From the NCBI GenBank assembly GCA_965112735.1, contig OZ218954.1, positions 2,666,001 through 2,730,000 on the forward strand: DNA of 64,000 nt, written 5' to 3'. The stretch's first letter is position 1; each line of letters begins with the position of its first letter. The notes beneath the pieces are model-generated. The model saw nothing but the letters and a program-made list of their open reading frames with translations, ran no database searches and had not been told where the DNA came from. Position numbers and translations under genes: made by a program. Shown here piece by piece: positions 22,430 to 35,991 of this stretch. This stretch comes from Phaeosaccion multiseriatum (Eukaryota; Protista; Ochrophyta, other classes).

Positions 22430-25400
22430 GTGGCTTAAGCTTGTTCGGGGGTGTGGGGGAGAGGAGCTCGGGAAGAAACGAACCCTTAGAAAGCCGAGCA
22501 CAAGTGAGCAAAAGCACAACCCGGCCGTACCTCGCGCCTGGGCGGCACTCCCGCTTGCCCCGCAGGGTCCAGCTCTAGCCAGCAGCGCCATGCGCTCCTC
22601 CATCATCACCATCTGAGAGGAGAAGTGTTTCACGCCCAGGGGAGGGTGAGGTGTAGCAGTGGGTTTACAGCAATCGACTGCGAGCAAGATCAATCACGAC
22701 CCTCTCATCGTCTCCTTTCTCTGTGGCTGCGAAATCATTGTCCGTCCATCGGCCTGCCTGCCTCACTCAAGCAAGTGCCTAGCCTGGCCCCCGAACTGAG
22801 CTGCCCCCTGCCCTTGCCTGTCTACCTCACCTTGAGTCTGAGGTGCAAGTCCTTGGCGACTCTCTGCCCGCTGTGCAGCACCAACACGTAGTGGTCTGCA
22901 CTCTCCAGCCACACCGCCTCCAGAGCCGCCTGACAGGTGAGACGAAGCGGAACAAGGGAACGGAACAAGCGCTTTGGAATCAGACTACAGATTGAACATG
23001 TGCAGTACACGACTCCCAGCGAGCAGATGCTGCATGCAAAGCAAAACCAAACCTCCTCAACGCCAAGACTGAAGACTGCCCGCATCTACCCACCTGTGCG
23101 CCGTCTGTGTCGTCACCCCCAGCAGCGTAACGAGTAACGTCCAAGGGCCCGTGTGGCCAGCTGAACGAGTTGAGGGGGCCCGCGGAAGCCGCGAGGGCCG
23201 CGGGTAGCACCACGTGCAGGGCTACATCGTCCTCAAGAATGCTGGACACAAGAGAAAAAGGCACACCACAGCACAGCAGAACGGAACCGGACGGAGAACG
23301 GAGACATGAGCCTCCCTCCCTCCCTCCCTCCCTCCCTCCCTCCCTCCCTCCCTCCCTCCCTCCCTCCCTCCCTCCTTCCCTCCCTCCCTCCCTCCCTCCC
23401 TCCCTCCCTCCCTCCCTCCCTCCCTCCTTCCCTCCCTCCCTCCTTCCCTCCCTCCCTCCCTCCTTCCCTCCGTCCCTCCCTCCCTCCCTCCCTCCCTCCC
23501 TCCCTCCCTCCTTCCCTCCTTCCCTCCCTCCCTCCCTCCACCCCCCCCTCCCTCCCTCCCTCCCTCCTTCCCTCCCTCTCCTTCCCTCCCTCCCTCCCTC
23601 CCTCCTTCCCTCCCTCTCCTTCCCTCCCTCCCTCCCTCCCTCCCCCCTTCCCTCCCTCCATCCCTCCCTCCCTCCCTCCCTCCCTCCTTCCCTCCCTCTC
23701 CTTCCCTCCCTCCCTCCCTCCCTCCTTCCCTCCCTCCCTCCCTCCCTCTCTCCCTCCAAGGTCAGTCGGCCCCGCCCTCGCCCTCAATCTGCAGCTCTGG
23801 TCACTCACTGCGTCTCTTCTTCGGGAAATAATACGCACCTCAAACTTTGGAGAGCACTCAGTGTGAGGGCGAGCTTTGCCGCTCCTCCATCATCTTCGCC
23901 CTTCGCCTCGCCCAAGCCCGCTTCTTCTCCGCCGCACACAAGCACGATGCTGAGGGCCAGTCGGCGCCACACAGCGACGAGGCTGGGCGATGGCAGCAGC
24001 GAGTCAAGTGCCGCACCACCAGCAACAGGGTTCGAGGGAGAGGCCTTGCTGGAGGGTTGTGTTGCCGAGCACGCCAGGGGGATGAGAGTCACGTTCGCGC
24101 ACTTTGGGACCGCCGTCTCTACACTCTGCGAAACGGCAGTAAGCCTACTCTGCGAAACGGCAGTAAGCCTACCCAAGCACTTGCTGCCATGCCTGCCCTC
24201 TCTACTCTGGAGGCCCCCTTCCTCTTCCTCCTGCTCCTGCTGCTGCTGCTGCTGCGGCGGTCGAGGGGAGGAGCAGTACACCACGGCTGCAAGAGAGTGA
24301 GCTGCAAGCACGCTCCGCATCACTCGGCCCACTTCCTTGCTTAACCACAAGCAGCCCAGCCCGTCACCCCCACCTCGCGCAGCAGAGGCGACAGAGGCTC
24401 CCGGTGGGGAGGGGAGGGAGATGAAGCTGAGGCCCGGTGCTGTGTCTCCTACGGCAGCAGCCCGCCGCTGGACAGACCCCCCTCCCTCCCGGCAGAGCTG
24501 CTGCTGCTCCTGGGTAGACAGGAGCCCACGACCAGCGTCGAGACGGGCTCCAGGGGGGCCATTGCCAATCTCCCTGAGCGCAAGGGCGGGGGGGGAGAGC
24601 CCGCGTCAGTTTCAGTTCACCCACAAGTCTGTCTCTACGGGTCAGGGGATGGCATGCACTTACTCATTGTCCACGGCGCCCAAAGCGAGAAGCACCTGTC
24701 CACAGGCGGCGCTTGTTGCGGATTTTCCTCCTTGCTCCTCCTCGTCCGTGTGCACCAACAAAACTGTTACAGCGTACTTGCTGCCAGGGCAGTCAGGACG
24801 ATAATGAGGCGGGCAGGGGGGGGGGGGTGGGTGGACAAAAGAGGCGGGTTACGGAGTCGACAGTTCAGGGGACGACCGGCCCAGTGAGTAAGTGCACACA
24901 GCAAGCACGCTACGCTGAGGGCAACGAGTTCCGCGACAGCGCTACGCCAGTACAGTACCTTCCTGTGGAGACAAGCATTCTGTATGTCGGTTTCATCTCC
25001 CGCGCCTGCTCCTGTCCAGCCACGACCAGGAGGAGCACTGACTGCTGCTGCTCGGCTCGTGGCTCAGAGAGGCGCGTCCGGCTACCACTGGCAGGTGCTG
25101 CGAAGGGGAGTACCCGGCCCAGCGCTTGCATCGCTCTGCTCCATGCTGACTCTGACGACGGCAGCGGTGCTGGTGCTTGACCACTGCGGCGAATGGCCAA
25201 GGGCGAGCGACACGAATTTCAAAGCAAGTAGAAAAGGCGGAGGTTGAAAGTTGAGTTGACTGCGCTTCGCTGGGGGTGAGCAAGCGACTGAACACGGAAA
25301 AAGAAGAGCCACCAACTATCAGAGCTGTCGCTGGCCACGGACAGTCCTGACCCCTGGGACTGCAGGCTCACCTCGGCTGCGGTTGCGGCTGCCGGTCCAC

Positions 25401-25842
25401 CTGGGCCACGCCTTTGCGAGTGTTCCCCTCGTACTCGGGGTGCATAGGGTCGCTGACGAGGGTGAACGTTGCAACGCCGGCGAAAAGGGCGAGACTCTGA
25501 GAGAGCAGAGCTCGTTCCCCACACCCCCCCCCTCCTGCCATCGCCCCTCCCGAGTCTTCACATGCCTGCCGGGCGCGCAAGGCGCCATTCCCCGACCTAG
25601 GGTGGGAGGGGAGGGAGGGAGGGAGGTGAGGGCGGTCAATCAGTGCTCCCCGAAGCCTTTCTCCAGTCCAGTCCAGCCCTGCCCCGCCCACCCCACGCCA
25701 CCGCTCCAAAGCCCTCACCAAAAGAGCGCTCTCAGCCAGTCCACCTCCCCGAAGAACTGTCCGCTGAGCTCGACGGAGTCCACCGCGGCCAAGCTGGATG
25801 AACCTGCTGCACTCTGCAGGCCCCCCCGTGCCTCCCTGGAGG

Positions 25843-25881
<39 letters not shown>

Positions 25882-27035
25882 CAGACAGACAAGACAGACA
25901 GACAGACAGACAAGACAGACAAGACAGACAGACAGAAAGAGAAGGGGTTGAATTGCCAGCAGTGGGCGAGAGTGGCCGTGAAGCCTTCTGCCAAGTGTTT
26001 GAATGCCGTACCTTGTATTGATAGCGTGGGACAAAAGACCGAGGAGGCTCTTTCCAGGCACAACGAGGGGGTCTAGGACCCATACGTACCTGGTTGCAAG
26101 CAAAGGGACAGACAGGGGAAAGGGTGTTGTGAATCAAGCCAATCCAGCGCCCGCGGGTACGCCTAGAGCTCCGAAGCATTTCTCACTTTGTCGTGGCCTG
26201 CAGCGCGAGATAAAACCGCCCTGATACCCTCCCCGGCCCCGCTCCTGCCCCTGCTCCTGCTCCTGCTGGTGCCAAGTCTCCGCTGGAGAGAGTCAAGGTA
26301 AGGTCGATACCCGTGCTCTCGAGTCTGCTCCTCCAAGAGGACGTCACAGCCGAGAACGAGCCCGGGTTCCCGACATTAAAGAGACATACCCAAACCTGTT
26401 GGGCCGAACAACAGAGGTCAGTGGGCACTTTGTTTTCCGGTGCGGGGGGGGGGGAAGATTCGCTTTGCACTCACTAACCGCTCTGGGCTTGACCTCGAAG
26501 CCGTAGACTACTTTCAATTGAGCATCGAGCTCCTTGCTACTGCTACTACCCTCCCAGTGGTTAAGGACCAGCTTGCATGCCGTTGATTGCGTGTATGTGA
26601 GAGGCGAAAGGAGGGGAGGGGGGAGGGATTGGGCACAGTTGAGGGAGGAGGGGAGGGTTTGGCAAGGGAGTGCGGGTTTTGGCAAGGTAATATCGCCTTC
26701 ATTGCGGCTGCATCTGAGTTTCAGACTCGTATCAGGTAAATTGAGCGTGGAAAAGGGAGGTTTGAGTACATCAGAGAGAATTTGGACCTTGAAGAGGTGC
26801 AGAAAGTGTATTGTCTCACCGTGGTGTCTGAATGCGACTGCGGGGCCCAGCTAGACTCCAGCTTGAGCAGGGCTTCGACTTCAAAGCCTCGCTCCTCCCT
26901 CCACTCCTCCGCTTTGGAGAAGGGCCTGGGGGCATCATCGCGATGGGAGGAACGACGCGCTCCGTAAAAGACCAGCACGAGAAGCACGAGGCTCGCTACG
27001 ACCTGAGTGAGCCGCCTTCCTACTGTGGGGATCAT
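21720..27035 (-). CDS. Type II membrane, plant-type two-domain glycosyltransferase-2-like protein with degenerate acidic motifs; many exons, 3' end approximate
   Basis: N-terminal TM VVASLVLLVLVFYGA; LVLNHW...AQL, QVWV, GRFYLALQATTKYVWVLDPLVVPGK.LL.LLSH, FSWPHGP and EAVWLESADHYVLVL match remembered plant GT2-family motifs (GRFQMALQ, DDDMIPGK, FDWPHGPK, ESWYP..LLLEDD). Confidence 0.7.
23311..23757. repeat. (CCCT)n microsatellite, intronic
   Basis: Direct reading; lies inside an intron of the minus-strand GT2-like gene. Confidence 0.95.
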
Positions 27036-27206
27036 TACTCTCGAGTAACCCTCCGGCTTGAACCCACCATGGCAGGCGTGGCTGCTGAAAGGGGAATGAA
27101 AGAAAGAAACATAGAGGATTGCCGGTCGTCGCCAGGGTGGAGTACAACACGCACGGTTGTTGACATAAGGGAAAGCGCCTCCAGTTGAGAAAATTTCTAG
27201 CTTTAT

Positions 27207-29790
27207 ATGGCTCCTCCCTCGGCGTCCCCTCCAACGTGCCCTTTGCTTCTGCGCTCGCTGTGTATTCCATTGTCGGTGTCTGCAGTAGCAGCCGGGCAAG
27301 TTGGTCGAGAGGATGTTGACGGGGGCTTCGAGCAATGGGGATGGCTGGCGATAGCAAAGAGTGCGGCGTTGGAGGTGTGGCTGTGCCGCTCGTCCACTGA
27401 CTCACACCAGCAGGAGCAGGGAGACTATTCGCCGGAGGATGGAGACGAGGAGAAAGAGGGGGGCGCTCTTACTCTCGAGGCGTCGGTCGACTTTGAGTGC
27501 AATGTTGTGGGACTCGCCGCAGTGCCCCTTCCTCCTCCAGTGGATGGCACTGGCAAAGACGAAAAGGGCGAGGATTTGCTCTTTCTCCTATCTGGCGATG
27601 GAAGCTTCTCGCTACTGCGGCTCTCGGGACAGACCAGAGAAGAGTGCGGGCAGCTGGGCGAAAAGGCTGACGAGGCGAGTCCGGGCTGCAAAATTGCGTT
27701 GCACTGGCTCCTGACAGGCACCCTCGCGCCTCCTCCACCCCCGCATACTACTGCAAGGATGGTTAGAGGGCAGGTCAGGCTATCCGTCACCAGTGTGCAA
27801 GCAGAAGAAGAGGGTGAGGGAACCTGCATCGTCGCAGTCGCGGCATCCCTGTGGGAAGGAATTTTGACTACTCTTATTCTCTATCAAGAGGATGGACGAT
27901 GGACGGGGCAACCCCCCCGCAGCAGTAGCTGCACACTGCTCTCGCTAGCCGGCCTGACAGGTCTACAACAACCCGTCCCCACCCCCACCCCAGCAATGGC
28001 CTCAGCGGTAGGGGGGGGCTCTGAGGTAGGTAGGCCATATGGGGCGAGGGGGCGTGCTCCCAGGGGCTGTAGCTCTGGGCGTGGCTGCTCCACTCTGCAT
28101 GCAAGTCTGAATCTGACGCGTGGGGATGCCGTCCCCCGCCCCCTGTCTGGGGGATCGAATGTGTTGACAGGGAGGTGCACGTTCACGTAGCAAGCGCTCT
28201 GCTCACCGCCTTTTGCGCCTGTCCCTCTTTGCACCTCTCACCCTCATTCAAACCTTGTGCCTCTTCCTTTTTCATGCGACTAGGCTCCGCTCACGGCTAT
28301 CGATATCTGCTTTCTGCACGGAAGGGGCAGCCAGACTGTGTCGGGGGAACCGCTGCTTGCTGTGCTGCTCGCAGATCCCAGCGCCCTCCACGTGCGTCGC
28401 CTGCACCCCATACACCTGCACTGCATCAGCATCGACGTGGAGAGCGGGTCAGTCGGGGCGGTCTGCCGGGGCACAGGGCACTCGCCTGGGCGGGGGAGGC
28501 GAGACAGCGAGAGAGGAGGGTAGTGGCAAGCGAGCCTGGCGTTGCAATTGTCCCCCTCTTTTCACTCCGCTTTGACCTACTCTCCCTGATTGATCCTCCC
28601 TCTGGCTGCCCCCCCAGCGGCTGTCTATCGTGCGTGTGGCGTGTGGAGCACTTGCACCCCGGGACCCGAATGGCAGCCATGGAGGGAGGTGCCTTGCTGC
28701 TGGCATGCCCCGGGGGGCTAGCCGTGTACAGATTCGACGGCTGCGTAGCTAAAGTCGACTTCTCGGCCCCTTGCGAGGGAGGTGGGGTGCAGTCGTCTCT
28801 GCAGGTGCGGATGTTGGTGATATCGATCGGCTCCGGATTCGACATCTGTGGCTTGTGGTCTCGTATGATGACACTGGTACTCTGACGCCTCCCTCCCCAA
28901 CCCATCCCCCAGCCCATTACAAGCATGATGGCGTTTGGCGCTCGAAGACACGGGCAGCAGCGGTTCCTGCTCGCGGACAGTGGAGGAGCCCTGCACTGCT
29001 GCCTAGTACAAGTCCAAGGCGGCCCAGGCGGAGAGGGGAGCGCCATTCAATGTCGGAGGGTTGCGGTGCGTGGGTATCCCTCGAAGGAGGACGGTGATAA
29101 AGAAGCGGTGCTGCCAACGGTGAGTGATGTGATGACGGGAAGGAAGTTGTTGCGAAGCCCCGAGCGCCGTGCCCCAGCTTGCGGAGAGACCAAAACTAAA
29201 AAGACCCGCCCACTGCTGACTGGCACTCTCGCGCCATGCAGGTCACGTGGCTCATCGGAGTGGGGGCTCGAACTCGAACCCCAACACGAGACAGCTTCAT
29301 CTTCGCCGCTTCGCCCTCGGCCCGCTCTCAGCTGCTGCGGGTGGACGAGGATGCGAGGAAGGGGCGGGGCTTGGCGACTGGCGACGACCTTCGCGTGTTG
29401 GTTGTAGATAAGGCCGCTGCAGACACCTTGGGGCCTGTGATGGACTTGCTCGCGTTGGAGGAGGAGAGGGTCGCTTCGAGCAGCCCTGTCGGCTTCGGGG
29501 AGAGCACAGAGCAGCTCGAGGCCCGCGAGGCTATCAGGACCAAGGCTGAAAACAATGACGGAGACGAAGACGAAGGCCAGAACGGGGTGCAGGGAAGCCT
29601 CGGGCTAGTCATGGAGGAGGGGGATGCGGGACCGCGGCTCGTGCTGGCGACAGGTCGCCACCAGGTGAGGCTCTGGAGGTGAGGTGTGAGGCACACACAT
29701 GCGGCGGGGTGACGCCTCAGATGGACATCTCTTAACCTGCGCCCCTCTTTCACACACTGCACCTCTCTGACTTACTATTCCACTCTGGTC

Positions 29791-29826
<36 letters not shown>

Positions 29827-32800
29827 GTTTATGTGTACGTGTGCATGCGTGTGTGGCGAAGGACGGCGCCCTGTGCGTGGTGGAGGAGGGGCACTCGCTG
29901 CACACCTCTGCACAGGGAGATTCCGGCCTGCCCCTCGGTGTATTCATGTGGGCTGTGCCGCTCTTCCGAGCCACAAAGGAGAGGGGCAAGCACAAGCACA
30001 AGGACAAGGACAAAGACAAGGACAAGAGCCAGCAGCAGCAGCAGCAGCAGCACTTGCTCGTGTTTGCGGACCGGCTGCGAGACACCACCCTCACCATGAC
30101 GTGGTCTGCAGAGGAAGGAGCCACCCCTGCGCAGGAGCGGGATGAGAAGGCAGGGGGTGAAGCAGGCGCCCCCTTCTGGCCGGTGCCGTCCACGGCAGCC
30201 GCGCTCTTTGTGGGCGCATTGAGCGGACGGGAGCATGACTACATTGTGCAGGTAGGTGCTTTAGAGCTTGCCCACCGGCTTCTCGGTCGGGCCCCTAAGC
30301 TGCGCTGAGCTGTGCTGAGCTGTGCTGAGCTGTGCTCGCATTCCTCCTGGCCTAGTGCCGTGTGCTTTCCCCACAAATCTAGAGCCCGGACACGCCCGCA
30401 ACTGCTCGTAGAATGTGAAAGTGACTGACTCCCAAAAGTGCCCGCCAGTATTGCCTCACGTCTTGTGCTCGTACATCCCTCTAAAGGTGACGAAGACAAG
30501 CGTGTTCCTCGTGGCCAGCGCGCCGCCTGCTGCCCCCACTCTGGCCTCTCGGTGGGACCTTTCCAGTGCGGAACAACAACATTGCCGAACCGGAGCGGGG
30601 GACGAAGGAGTGTGTGGCGGCGGGTGTGACGTTAGAAATGGCACACACTCTCACTCTCCAACGTCCCTCTCCGATGCCCATAACCACATCCAGCACGCGG
30701 CTGTGAGCGGCTCTTGGGTAGTGCTGGCTGCAGGGCAGAGCATCGTCCTCCTCCACGCCACCCCCGACGGGCGAGAGGGAGAGGCGAACGGCAGAGGCAG
30801 CGTTGGCGGTGTTGGCGGTGTTGGCGGTGTTGGCGGTGGTGGCGGTGGTGGCGGTGGTGGCGGTTTTGGCGGTGTTGGCGGTATTGGCGGTTTTGGCGCC
30901 CCCCCGTCCCTTGCGAGACTCCGTCAAGTGGGGCAGACTCTTCGTCCTTGCCGAGAGGGCGCGTCAGTGTCAGTGTCAGGACTGGCGCTGTCGTTGGTGT
31001 GTGGGTCGTCGTCATCACGCCCTGCACACACGACGGAGGCCTCTGTGGGGTTGTTGGTGGCGATGGCGTTCTGGGAGTCCAATCGCATTGTCGTATATCG
31101 GGCAGCAGGGGAAGGCTTTGAGCGCAAGACCGTACTGGAGGTGGAGCTGCCTGGAGGGTACAGCGTGGTCACCTCTCTGGTGTTCTTGCCACCGCCCATC
31201 GCAGCAAGAGAGAGCGGGACAGTCACCCTGGCTGCTGGTTTGGGGGATGGACGCGTGTTGGTAATACTTTGCTCGCACAAACAAGACGCAGGCGGGGCGG
31301 GGGGGGGCTGCTTGGAGTTGCGCAAACTGTGGCCTTTCAAGGTGCGTTTTCCCCTTCTTCTCCTCCCTCCCCTCGCCTGCAGCGCATTCACATCTTTCTC
31401 CCTTCGACCTATGCCATGAAATAGAGAGGCTGTGACAGCCCTCACTTGCGTACTCGCTCACTCTTCTCCCTGTGTGCCGCCCTGTTCACGACACACCACC
31501 ATACCACAGGTTGGGAGAGAGCCCGTATCACTCACCGTGGCGGATCACCATCACGATCAAGAGGTTGAGACTGCCGCAGGAGGAGCAGGAGTAGCAGGAG
31601 TCGGGCCCAGCAAGGGACCCACCAAGGAGGCAGAGGCCAGGCCTTTTGTGATCGCCAACAGCAACAGCGATGCGATCATTCGTCTCGTGCGACGCTCGAC
31701 CGCCGCAGAGTGGAGCGTGACGTGCACCCGGCTGTGGAATGCGAGCACGCAGCGACGGCGGTCCATGGCTGCAATGAGGGGCAGCAGTCAGCTTGTGTGG
31801 CTGTCTGAGGGCACCCAAGCAGGAGACGGGTGCGTGTGAGTGCGTGTGAGTGCGTGTGAGTGCGAGTGCGTTTGAGTGCGTTTGAGTGCGTGTGAGGGCG
31901 TGTGAGGGCGTGTGTGAGTGCGTGTGGTGTGTGTGAGTGCGTGTGAGTGCATTTGAGTGCGTGAATGCAGCACACCAGACGAGCGAGGAGAGGAATGAAT
32001 CGAATTGCCCACACCACGGCAAAGCAGGCGCTGTTGACACATGTCGTGAATCTCATTCCAATGGCTGCCGCCGGCGAATATGCCTCGTTTGTGTCTCATC
32101 ACGCACGCCACCATTTCACCCTCACTCCCCCTCACCCTCACTCCCCCTCACCCTCATCCTCACTCACCCTCACCCTCACCCTCACCCTCACCCTTGCCCT
32201 CATCCCCTCAGAGCCGAAGATGGGACGTCTACCCTACCCCAGAGCTCCCCCCAGGCTCGGCTCAACTTGAACTTCGGAAGCATCACATGGGAGAAAGCGG
32301 GGCGGTGGCGGCGCAAGAGCGTGGGCAGGAGCCCCCTGTCGCTCTGTTCGCTGCCCGGCTGTGGCTGCGTGGCTGCAGTGCTGCAAGGTCGGACCGGGGA
32401 CACGCAGCTGGGCCTCTTTCAGGTGGAGTCACATGGGCAGGCAGCAGGCATATGGGCATATGGGCAGGCGGTAGCACAGGAGAGGGCAGCTCGGAGAGGG
32501 GGGGGCGCACCACGCCCTCCTCCGCCTCTTTGAGTGCCGCGCCGCAGACCACTTAAGCACTGATTGAGTGTGTGTGCGTGTGCGTGTGTGTATGTGTGTG
32601 CGTGTGTGTGTATGTATATATGTATATATGTTTGTGTGCTTGTGTGGCTTCGCCTCGCTGCCACCCCCCCTCCCCTCGCAGGCGGACAATCTCGAAGACT
32701 TGTGGCGTGGTCGGTGAGCGCAGAAAAGAAGGAGGACAAAAGCATTTGCAGGCCACAGAGAGCCCCCCCCCCTCCTGTCGATTCGACTCCACACCTAACA

Positions 32801-35414
32801 CGCATCCCACCCACGTGTCTCACAACCCGTCGTCGTAACCTCTACCACTCGTCCTTAGGGTCGGCACGGCGCGCACGACCATCAGCTCCATCTGCCGAAT
32901 ACAGGCCGCCCCCGAGCTCCTGACCACCGCCAGTCGGACTGCAGCAGGGGTCCAGGCTACGGCAGCTAGAGGAAGAGCACCTAAGAAGAGTGGGAGGATG
33001 CCCAAGCGCTCGCAAGGCAACTCGGCTGGCGAGCTACTTGCCGTCGCCAGCTGTGAAAGACAGACCTCCAACCCCTCCAATCCGCTGGCAACAATGGCCG
33101 GAGGAGCTCCTCCCGCCCCGCTGTCGTCTGTGGCAGTGTACGAGGTGACCACCACGACATCAGTGTCTGTGTCGTCAGGAGGAGGAGGAGGAGGAGGAGG
33201 AGGAGGAGGAGGAGGAGGAGGAGGAGGAGGAGGAGGAGGAGGAGGAGGAGGAGGAGGAGGAGGAGGAGGAGGAGGAAGGTGCGAGAGGACTCTCCAGCCC
33301 TGCGGCGCCGTGAGCCACATCGAAGGAAGTATCTGCAGGTGAGTAAGTACCTTCTTCTCGGCACTCGGCTGCGGGGATCGGCTTGTACGTTGTCAAAGAG
33401 TAGCGCACTCACCCACTAACGCACACACGCACACACGCACACACGCACTCGCACACGCGGGCCCCTTTCTCCCCTTTTGCATGGCACACACGCAGCATAG
33501 CCCCTCTGCGGGAGTCACTCATCGCCGCCGCCAACGACTGCACGGTGCTCGTCCTCGGCTGGCGGAGGGCTCCCAACGCTCAGCAGGTGAGAGTGAGAGG
33601 AGGAGGAGGGGGAGGGGGGGTTTATTAGAATTTTCCTTAGAGGCTCAGTTTGAAGCGGGATGGGTGTGAGTATGTTCCGAGTACAAGCCTCCCCTTCTCT
33701 TTCCCTGGACTTGTGGCATGCCTCCACTCTCGTTCATGCTCTTTTCATCAATATATCCCTCCTCTACGTCGCAGCAGCCAGATGAAACCGTTGCAACCGC
33801 CGAAGGCTTTGAGCTTTGCATCAAGACGAGCCGCCCCACCCCGTCCAATGTGAGTGCCAGTGAGGAGGCAGGAGAAGGTCCATTGAAATGGAAGCGCGCA
33901 CTGCCCTGCGCTGGTGTCCACGTGTCAACATGCCCTCTCCCCCCCCCTTCATTGTGTGCAACCCCTCCTCTCCCCTCTCTCTCCTCCTCTCCCCCCCTCC
34001 CTCTCTCCCCCTCCCTCCCTCCCCTCCCTCTCCCCCTCTCCCCCTCCCTCTCTCCCTCCCTCCCTCCCTCCCTCCCTCCCTCCCTCCCTCCCTCCCTCCC
34101 TCCCTCCCTCCCTCCCTCCCTCCCTCCCTCCCTCCCTCCCTCCCTCCCTCCCTCCCTCCCTCCCTCCCTCCCTCCCTCCCTCCCTCCCTCCCTCCCTCCC
34201 TCCCTCCCTCCCTCCCTCCCTCCCTCCCTCCCTCCCTCCCTCCCCCCCTCCCCTCCTCCTCCATCTTAGGGCTGCATCACAGCGCTGGCGACGAGCGGGG
34301 GAGTCGTTGCCGTGGCCGTCTTGCTGCACTCCGTTTGCGTGTACATACACAGCTCAAACGAAGACGATGAGGGCAGGGACAGTAACCACACCCTCAGCCT
34401 GTTCGCTCAGGTGGGGAGGCGAGAGTGTGCCACAGAGAGCAAGGGGAAGAGGAGGAGCATGAGGATGAACATGATGAGGATCCATCCTTCCTTTCCTGCT
34501 CTGGTCTTTGCTTCTCACAGCTCCTTGTCTCACCCCCTCCCCTTTCTCTTCGCACATCGTACGTGCACAGCACTCGTCTGGGCGCGTGATGACATCGTCG
34601 TTGTTGGTGCTGCTCCCCCCCCCGGGAGAGAGCGGGAGTGAGGGCGGTGCCCTCCGCGTAGTGGTGAAGGATCAGAGCAGTGGAGTCGTCGCCGTGTTGC
34701 AAGAGGGCCTTCGGGTAGAGAGCGACAGCGCCGGACAGAACCCCGTGGAGCTCGTCATCGGGTGCGTATTCAGTCTGTCTGTCAGTCAGTCAGTCAGTCA
34801 GTCAGTCAGTCAGTCAGTCAGTCAGTCAGTCAGTCAGTCAATTCATCAGCCAATCACTCAACCTCTGAAAGAGAGTGGGTGGAGCCTGTACCCGAGTGTA
34901 CCTGTGGCATGCCTTACTCACCACCAACCCACCCACCGCGGCCCCTCCCTTGCTTGGCGACAGGTCTCTGTGGCGAGCTCAAGAGCCCCTCAGCTGCGTG
35001 GCTGCGGGGCCCACAAGGTCAAGGACAAGGACAAGGAGAAGGAGGGGGCGCGATGCTTACCCTCCCTTCATCGCTGCCTCGGCGACGGGAGCCCTCGTGG
35101 AGGCGACGGTTCTATCCAAGGACTCGTACCACAAGTTGGTTCTCCGGCAGGACAAGTTACTCCGGCACCTCCGGCAGCAGTCGCATGCACGTGCCTCGCA
35201 TGATGAGACCGCTGCTCAGTCTCTGTCTCTGCACGCCCCTGGCCTTGCCCCTATCCCTGTTATTGCCCCCGTTATTGCCCCCGTTAATGCCCGTGTTAAT
35301 GCCCCTGTTAATGCTGGCGCCGAGCTGCTGCCGCCCCTCTACGGGTGGGAAAGCGACATGGGGCAGTGCATCAATGGAGACTTCCTGGCACTGGCGGAGG
35401 AAGACTCAGACTGA
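27207..35414 (+). CDS. Divergent DDB1/RSE1/CPSF1-family triple beta-propeller protein (DDB1-like), many exons
   Basis: LAIAKSAALEVW, EDLLFLL, RFLLADSGGALH, TLGPVMDL, LVLATGRHQ|DGALCVVEEG, LAAGLGDGRV, ITALATSGGVVAVAVLLHSV and C-terminal CINGDFL align in order with remembered DDB1 motifs. Confidence 0.75.
33178..33276 (+). repeat. (GGA)33 coding repeat giving poly-Gly in a DDB1-like exon
   Basis: 33 perfect GGA codons in frame with AVSHIEGSIC. Confidence 0.85.
34050..34250. repeat. (CCCT)n microsatellite, intronic; absent from the duplicate copy near 37630
   Basis: Direct reading. Confidence 0.95.
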
Positions 35415-35689
35415 GTCACCGTGTGCTACGCCCTCCTACCGGCGAGGAGGGGAACCGTGTATATATATGTAAATACTTCCCTCAGGGGCAGAAGGAAGTA
35501 CTGGACTGGCTGGGGTCCTTGTTCCCCAACTGTAAGACTGCAGTGACAGATGGCAGAGTTGCGGTGGGATCCCCTCTGCATGCTTTACCGAGAGATTCAG
35601 CGATAAGCAAGGCGACAGTTCCACGACCATTCCACTCCCTCCCTCGACCTCTCTCGATCCGAGTCGCAATGTCGCAATGTGCACTTAAA

Positions 35690-35991
35690 TCGACCCCTGA
35701 CGCGCTATCGCCCACATTCTCGATAGCGGATAGCGGATAGCGGATCGGCTGGCGCCGCCGAGAGCGTCGGCCCCTGACATGGTTCTGAGAACCAGGAACC
35801 AACCTTGGCCCTCATTGTCGACTCATTGACCTCATCATTGCCTTATTAGATGGCTCTCCCCCAGAACCTGGAACCTGCCTGGCCGGCTGGCGCCGGCCAG
35901 AAGCAGGAACCAGGGTCGCCTCAGAACCATGTCAGGGTCCGAATAGCGGATAGCACACCCCCACAACCCCCCCCCCCCAAAGCCGGCTTAC
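35690..35991. mobile_element. Short GCTAT-rich element, copy B, MITE-like with an internal 18-bp inverted repeat
   Basis: CCCTGACATGGTTCTGAG (35772-35789) and CTCAGAACCATGTCAGGG (35920-35937); GATAGCG x3; termini shared with 20571-20831; absent from the paralogous position at 38438. Confidence 0.5.

Noticed and set aside
22980-24300. PPSL/GGRE repeat 'proteins' (also near 33800-34460 and 59700-60530)
   Set aside because: Translations of intronic (CCCT)n and (GGAA)n microsatellites.
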